A DNA stretch of 63,986 nucleotides, counting the filler, from Intoshia linei (taxonomy: Eukaryota > Animalia > Orthonectida), in assembly GCA_001642005.1 (NCBI GenBank). It is 4 parts of 4 records of this genome, joined end to end, with 100 filler letters (N's around TTAATTAATTAA, not from the genome) between each part and the next. Parts side by side here need not be neighbours in the genome. Positions count along the whole stretch, not along the records: positions 32,251 to 62,517 come from LWCA01000365.1; positions 62,618 to 63,986 come from LWCA01002649.1; 2 more parts are not named here. The stretch is one strand, 5' to 3'. Shown here piece by piece: positions 56,326 through 63,986 of this stretch. Each line of letters starts with the position of its first letter. Position 1 is the first letter of the stretch. The translations under genes were made by a program, and so were the position numbers. A model generated the notes under the pieces. That model did no database searches, was not told the origin of the DNA, and saw only the letters and a program-made list of their open reading frames with translations.

Positions 56326-57271
56326 TTAACAATATAATTTTTAATGGGAATTTTAGAAACATGAAGTCCAATTTAAAAATTTTTTGTCGAGCCCCTGTAC
56401 AATTCTGCACGTTCGAAAATTATATTCGGACCGTGTTGCAGAACCATAGTAAATAATGTAATTAAATTTGGTGAATTTAAATCACCATTCCTTTTTGTAC
56501 AGTGAAAAATATCATATAGATTTCAAGCACAATAATTCTAGAAAGTGGTACCTAACTGAGTTTTTAGGTCAAGTTTATACAAAAATGTATTAACCCACAC
56601 TTTAAAAGAATTAAAAATTATATTGAATAAATAACTAAAAAATACAAATATAGTAAATAGAAGGTATATATAAAGGAAAAAAGTACCTATAAAGAAAGCA
56701 AAATCATAAACTGCAACAAAATTCAAAATTGTAAATATAAAAATAAAAATATATAAAACATGTTATCTAGTGAATAAAAATAATGAAAGTGCGCATTTTT
56801 TACCCAATAAAATTTTAAATTAAATTACATCTAACAATGTTGCCAAAAAAATATTACCTGTATAAATTTTATCAAAATAATTCTTTTTGCGCCAATTTTA
56901 AATTTTTCAAAGATATCATTTTTTGCGTGTATAAAAATAAACCCGAAAATATAAACCAGTAAAAATTCAAATTTTAATAAATAATGCATGTTTATGAATA
57001 TGCAATAGAAAATAATTAAAATTAATCAAAATTAAGCTAAATTTTAAGATTTAAAATAAATTTAAAATACAAAAGTCATAACTACAAAATGAATGTTTTT
57101 CTTTTCGATACTTTTAAAATTTGGCGGAATAATTTATACAGGCAATTATTTTATAATTGAGAAAATTTTATGTAATTTTTATGTCATTATATTTGTAATT
57201 TTAAGTTAAACTCTAATTTTTTTATAAAATGTTATATTTTAATTATTTTTTTGTATATAATGTAATAGAGT

Positions 57272-60200
57272 ATGACTGAAGATATTGTTGTTCGATTTGT
57301 AACGAATACAGAAATATGCAAAGTTCCATCCCAAATGAAGAAAGCTTTTGAGGTTATTTTTGATTTTTTTATTTATATTTAAAAATATTTAAAAATCATT
57401 TATTAAAAGTCATAAATATGAATTATATATTAATTAAATTTTCATTATAAACTCTTGAACCCATTTTATTATTGAGTCATATTATTAGACTTTCATTTCA
57501 ATTTTAGGTAGCAAAATATCAATTTAATAGTGACTGTGATTGGATAAATACTGAAAATGCTTTTAAAATTGCTAAACGGTTAACAACGAAATCTATTATT
57601 TTTATTGCAAATCCAACTGAAATTGATGATTTTTCAATGCTAATTCAAAAAAGGAAAAAGTAGAGTCTAATTTATTTTTTTTATTCTTCGTGTCTAATTG
57701 CAATTAAATATACAGTATTCAATCTGTATTTTTCAAAATTGGACATATTTCATTAGTATAACTTAACAAATATTCACAATACATTCAACTCAGTATAAAT
57801 TATTTAATATTCAGGACACGACTTTTATATAATTAGGTGAAAATTGTTGGAAAATATTCAAAACATAAAATATTTTTTTAATTACATGTGACCATGTCTG
57901 ACTTTTGTATTTGTATGTTAATAAATTTGGTATGTTTCCAAATGTTTGTTTTTATTGATTTCTGCAAATATTGAGATTTCTTGTGAAAAAAATAAATGTT
58001 TATAATGTACACTAGAATTTTTAAAAATCTTGACAAAAAATGAAGGGGTTTAGGGTGACATTTTTTGTCTTTATTTTATTGATATGCATGTATTGTATCT
58101 GTTTTTTAATGTTTATATCATTAGATTATACGGACCGCTTGTAATACTATATTGCAATAAAAATAATATGGTATATTATTAAAATAATTATTACTAAATA
58201 TTCATAATTCCTTTACCTGTTTTAAATAAAATCCTGTGTATGAGCTGCATGTTTTTTCTGTACTTGTGTTATTTTTTGTATTACATTTTAAATCATTCAA
58301 TTTTTAAATATTTAAAATTTAATACACTATAATTTAAAATAGATTTACTTTAATTTCAATGGATTCATTAATACATGTATATTAGTAATATTTAGGTTAG
58401 TTGCATCTAATTTTATTTCAAAATTAATTAAATTGCAGAATGAAATGAGTTTATAAAGTTAAAATAATTTAACATTTAATTGTAAGTACATGTATATTTT
58501 GTTTGTAGTGTTTTTTTATACGAGAATGTAACTTGGATCGAGTATGTATTATTGAATGTACTGCACTTCTAAGTATCTTGATATTCTAATTTTAACAATC
58601 CATTACAAAAATTTAGACTAGATTTTGTATGGTACAATGTACATAAAAAATACTGAGATTCAAGTTTACTTGTCATATTCCTGTATATAATATACACGAG
58701 TACGTACAAACTGCACCTAGCTCTGCCGAGGATGGACTTTTCTAATTCTACCAACAAAATATAATCATAAATAAAAATGCCACTATTTACTATTACCAAT
58801 CTTCTAAACGAATGGTTCATAAAAAAGGTTAAAGGTCACCAATTTTTTATTTCTAAAATCTAAGACGATTAATTATATAAAATGTTTTGTTTTAATTAAA
58901 TAATTTATTGTTAATTAAATTTATTTTTGGATAAAAAAGGGTAAACAGTAAATTATTTTGTTGATAATGAACGCTTAAGTTAAAATTAAAATTTTTTTAT
59001 ATATTTTAACTGGAAAAAGCTGTATTAAATGTGATCTTTTTTGAAATTCTAGGTCTATTCGGTTTTTTGTTTTATAAAATAACGATAATGTACATTAAGG
59101 TGTCACATTTTTTGGAAATTTAACAAAACAAACAAAATTAAATTTAAAAAACTGGACCCTCTTTAATATTTGATACAAAAAAATTCCCTAAAAATCCTCT
59201 TTACAATTTGACTCAAAAAATTTTCCTATAAACCCCTTGAAAATATGGTAAAAATATTTTGTCTATAAAAATGCTTTTTTGACTCTGAAGACGTCACTCT
59301 ATCAGATGAAATTTTTTTTAGTGTAATATCTGGAGATAGCTATGCATTGTAATTATTTTTAAAATTCTGAAAGTATTTTCATTTTTTGAAACAAGGGTAA
59401 TTTGGCGTTTTGGCCGTTATGATTTTAAAATCTGGATCAGAGTGTATATTTTTTTAAATTTTACGACTAGTTTGATTTTTAAAAAAAAGGATAATTAGGG
59501 TTTTTGACCGGTAAGATATAACTTTCTGAGATTGAACTATATCTTAAGTTCACCACCGAAAAAAAACTGTAATGAAAATGTGTAATTTTTAAAAACTTAA
59601 AACCCTTATTTATTTAAATAAACTATAACAGACACACAGATAGATAAAGTGTTTTATATATTAGGGTTTATTTAATTTGATATTAATGATCTCAAATATT
59701 GAAATATCAACCTGAAAAATGTATTTATGTAGTTTGTTTGGTTATACATCATGACCATTTTATGAAGATTTTGCTCGGATCCTCCAATGTTATTATTTTG
59801 TGATTTTTGACTTGTCTCAATTAGTCGCGAAAAAAATTTTTTTTCATATTAGTCCATTATTATTTCACAGAAAGGTTCGACTCTGTTATGATATTATAGG
59901 GAAACTTTGTGAAACCATCGGTGATGAAAATGATTTACTAATATTTTTCCTAATTTCAATGATTAAAAAATTGTTAAAAATTTTATATAATTAAATTTAT
60001 TTTCAGGTAATGCCTCGAATAAAATCTAAACCAATATTTTCATTAACTTTGAACGGTTTGATTATTTGTTGTTCAACTATGGACGAAGAAAGACGAGTAA
60101 TTTTTTAATATAATGTAATTTTAATTTTAATGTGTAGAATAATATTTACAATAAAGTCGAAATGATGGGTGGTTTATTTTCGCAGGCTTTAACAGAAAAT

Positions 60201-63200
60201 GTCACTCATTTGGTTTCTGCTATTAGTGGGTCTAAAAAATACTATGTTGCCATTAATTACAATAAGAAAATCATGTCACCAACTTGGGTTGAAAAATTAT
60301 GGGAAAGTGTTTGTGATTATAGGTTTCATTATTTAGCATGTGTCATTATTACTATACTTAGAGATCCGAAATACAATGAATTTCCATTCAGTGAAATGAA
60401 ATGTCCTATATTTTCAGGGTGTATTATGTCAGTTTCTGGGTTTGTGTCTATTGATAAAATCAAACTAAAAGAATTGATAGAAACAAACGGTAATTTTTTA
60501 TGAAATGGAAAGTATAGTTTCAGTTCAGTTTAGTTTAGTGATAAATATTAATTTTATTGTAAATCATTCCTGTGTGCACCAGGAACCGCTAAATTGGTCC
60601 ATGTGGGACATCTTGGTCAGGGTCGTGGAGAGAGGATGAGGGTCATATGACCCGGGCCTACAATAATGATGTGCCTACTTTTAAAATATATTAATAGGTA
60701 ATATTGGAAAATTTCTTAAATAATGCAAAATTTCGATAACTAATACTATTTACAACTGTTAATTTTATTTTAGAGATAATGAACGATCGATTAAGCAATG
60801 CATATATATTTCAAATTTTACATTTTTTTATAGGGCCTACTGCTGGCTCTCCACGGCCCTGTCTGAGGCATATGAAAACTATTTGGGGTACATGAAAATT
60901 TTGAGATTAGTGGTAACGGTAATATGGGGGTTAATAAATTTTTATTTATATTCTTTGAATGTGCAATGTATAATTTGAAGTGAAATTTAAACAATTTAGT
61001 GCGTTTATAATATATTATTTTTAAGGGTTCATAGTAGTTCAATTTAGTTTTTTTAACTCAATACGGTTCTAACTTCTTTCAAAAAAACTCTGTAAATTTA
61101 TTTTGTTAAAATTGACTGAACCAATTAAGTTTTATGGGGAGTTATAATATTTAAATATAAGAACCACTGATATGAATTAGGGTTGCTTTGGGTGATGGAT
61201 AAAAAATTTATAACTGTAAATTAAATTATATAAATCTAGCTTAACTTGTGTACTTCAAACACCTATCTCTGCCGAGGGCGGACGTTTCTTAAAATAAATA
61301 AGTTCTCCCAAAAAAACTAATGTAAATTATAAAATCTTACATAAAAATGGTACTATTCACTATTATCAATCATATAAATGAGTTTTTTCCAAACTTGTTT
61401 CACCATGGACCGATTATTTCACAATAAATCTAATTTAAAGTCAAATAGTCCCATTAAATTGTATTTTGTTAACATTTATGTAAAGAATTTCGCGATCCGA
61501 TTTTTTTATGTATGAGAGTAAATGAGTGTATCAAGATGAAAATGTAAATTTTTATAACCAAATTTTAGAATACATCAGTTTTGATATTTAAAAAAAATTA
61601 CTGGTAAAAATTTCGGTAAATACCAACCCTAATATGAACCATTGATTTTATTTAATAAAACTTATTATTCATTCCATTATTATTATTTTTATAGGAGGTG
61701 AATATAGTGCTAAAATGAAAAAGAATTTTTGCACCCATTTAATTGTTTTGGAAGCTAAAGGTTTACTTATATTTAATTTATATATCTTTGGAGTAAATTT
61801 TTTTGTACCTTAAAAAATTGAATTGAATTAAAATAAGTTGTCTGTAAAAGATGTTTAATTTTAATTTTATCGGCCTATTTCTGATTTTTATGGTTCTACC
61901 ATGACAGTCAATAATTGCTATCACTTATATTTGTCTGCGTTTTAGGTTAAAAATAAAAATACATGTACAGTTGTGGCCAAAAAAATGCATATATTAAAAA
62001 TGAGATATTTCGTAGAATTAAATAAAAAATTAGTTTACTACTTACATTGTGATTGTGTAACAGCATATTATTTGTATTTTATTTTATGGAAATCGGTCTT
62101 GAAATCACATGTTATAGGATAATTAAATTAAAGCGGACAAAAAAACGCATACTTTATTTAGATCAATTAATTCGCCATTTTAATGGACGAAATTACATTT
62201 AAATATTTTTATTTTATAAACACATGACTAAGCAGTTAAGAAAAGAGGAAAAATCTCAAATTTTTTCAAGATATTCTGATGGTTGGAATCAAAAAAGGTT
62301 GGCACACTTTTATGGTAAAAATCAAGGCACCATATCACGAATATTAAAAAATATCAAAATTAATAAAACTTTCGATTGTAAAAAAGATAGTGGACGTGCT
62401 CAAATTATCTCGAATGCTAATTTGACTAAAATTAAAAGTGAATTGGAGTCGAATCCAAAAATGGGGTGTACCAAATTGTCGAATATCATGAAAGATCAAT
62501 GTAATAAAATTGTTTCANNNNNNNNNNNNNNNNNNNNNNNNNNNNNNNNNNNNNNNNNNNNTTAATTAATTAANNNNNNNNNNNNNNNNNNNNNNNNNNN
62601 NNNNNNNNNNNNNNNNNTGCAAGTATTAGAACGTTTTAAAACATTTTTACTATAAGGAAAAATAAAGTATAAATTTTTCACATCATTTAGAATTACTTTA
62701 TTATCATCATAGTATAAATTTTCACATGTTGAAATATGAAAAAAACAAATATTATCATATTTATATTTAATTAGCTTGGCATTTTTGTATTACGTACAAA
62801 CAGCACCTAGCTCTTTCAAAGGCACTCTTTTATTATAATATAAAAATTTGTAATTTAGATATAGATTTTGATAGTATTTAAACTTTTTGATAGCCCAGAC
62901 GATTGCGAAAAGTTTTGAATCTACGGTGCTGTATCGTATATGTGTTGTATTAAAAGTTTTACTTAAGTATGTTATGACGTGGTTGCCTTTCCGTAAGGTT
63001 GCTCTCATACCTTGATGTGACGCATCGGTCTATCATCGCACTATATTAAGCTTAAAGTTCAATTCGAGAAATCTACGCATTCTCGATGAAAAATAAGTTT
63101 TAATATATTATCAACTAATATTTTTCAAATATATATATAAATTGAAAGTGTAAATATTATCCTACAATTTTAAAAAAAATGTGCAGTGAACGTTTACAAA

Positions 63201-63848
63201 TTTCCAGTAAAGTAATATAAGTAAAAATTTATGTAATTCTTTTTTTCGCAATTTTTAAATTTTAAATTTTCATTTCAAAATATTTAAATGTGTCAATAAA
63301 CATTATTTATTTGTTTAGTATGTCCACGCGAAGATTCTACAAAATATTGCGACGGAACAATTGATTTAAAAGGTAAAAAATTATAAATTTTATATTACAG
63401 CATAACCACCTGGGATGTTTTAAAAACGTTACGAGATAAAATATTAAATTTATGAAATGCGCTATTTTTTTTAACTTACTTGTAAACTACTAAAAAAATG
63501 ATAAAAACATAATAAAAAATATATAAATAATAACAGAATATGTCGTATTTATTTAAGTAACAGCCATAATTTGCTTAAATATCAAATTTAAATAATTGAA
63601 CTAGTTTTAACTTTTTTTTTTGCACTGCAAACGATATTAGCTTAAAATTTTTTGCATTTTAAAAGAGTCTAAGAGTTAATATAATATTTTTTAAATCATA
63701 TTTATGATTTGTTATAATAATTTATAGTTGATAAAATTTTTTATTCAGATTCCACCGGAGTTATAACTGACTGTGCTATTTGTAACAGTGATAATGGTTT
63801 AAAGGGTCTTGTTTCTAAATTTGGTTATAATATATCGAAGCTAGTAAA
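57272..63848 (+). CDS. TOPBP1: DNA topoisomerase II-binding protein 1 (BRCT repeats), 5' part
   Basis: Exons 57272-57352, 57508-57659, 58125-58170, 60007-60096, 60138-60322, 60362-60489, 61695-61760; probable later exons 63319-63372 and 63749-63848. Motifs LYGPLVILYC, VEMMGG...VTHLV...GSKKY...WVEKLWE, KCPIFSGC, CTHLIV match TopBP1 BRCT0-2. Confidence 0.9.
60618..60861. mobile_element. hAT MITE in TopBP1 intron
   Basis: TIRs CAGGGTCGTGGAGAG / CTCTCCACGGCCCTG; same family as 44071-44322. Confidence 0.75.
61968..62517 (+). mobile_element. Tc1-like transposon 5' end with open HTH-encoding ORF, cut by the gap
   Basis: TA|CAGTTGTGGCCAAAA terminus; inner direct-repeat-like GCGGACAAAAAAACGCATA at ~62133. 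ORF from 62224: MTKQL...GWNQKRLAHFYGKNQGTISRILK...SGR. Confidence 0.8.
62518..62617. other. Artificial scaffold spacer
   Basis: N44-TTAATTAATTAA-N44. Confidence 0.98.
62850..63030 (-). mobile_element. Ty3/Gypsy RNase H fragment
   Basis: TDASHQG...ITYLSKTF...RYSTVDSKLFAIVWAIKKFKYY matches the RT-associated RNase H pattern TDAS...YSxxEKELLAIVWA. Confidence 0.8.
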
Positions 63849-63986
63849 GTATGTAAAGCTTATTAGCTTTTGTATAATGTCATGTAAAAAAACAATCAAA
63901 ATATTTAAGGCAGAGGTGCAAAATTTGCAGCCGTACGGCAGAATGCGACGTGAGGGCGTTTATTTGCTGCTGAAAGTAATTCATGT

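Noticed and set aside
1-63986. CRISPR arrays, rRNA or prokaryotic operons
   Set aside because: No repeat-spacer arrays or rRNA-like sequence seen; the host genes are intron-containing and eukaryotic.

Overview
Very AT-rich animal genomic DNA, in four contigs joined by three artificial 100-nt spacers (N44-TTAATTAATTAA-N44). Manual exon chaining gives six spliced protein genes, most poorly visible in the ORF track. These are: an ankyrin-repeat / giant-linker / death-domain gene (3820-9878,+); the 5' half of Beclin-1/Atg6, in 8 short exons across ~11 kb of transposon-filled introns (10331->21346,+); the first two coding exons of a lophotrochozoan-type nicotinic ACh receptor subunit (28890->28551,-); an Hmx/NK5 homeobox gene (43225-48859,+); an orphan gene with a SARAH-like C-terminal helix and apparently decayed upstream exons (~54.3k->50847,-); and TopBP1 (57272->63848+,+). 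Introns are bimodal: 37-53 nt minimal introns versus kb-scale introns full of decayed DNA transposons (hAT, Tc1, pogo, piggyBac, Helitron-like) and MITEs, several nested with recoverable TSDs. Also present are a 5'-truncated tRNA-Cys with a fold-back scar, a tRNA-like Pol III element and a pre-miRNA-sized hairpin. Composition, ~37-nt introns and the receptor type suggest a reduced spiralian such as the orthonectid Intoshia (inference only). I found no convincing wholly new multi-gene system; the best leads are the ANK-DD giant-exon protein, the hidden Beclin gene, the SARAH-like orphan and a few ncRNA-like elements.
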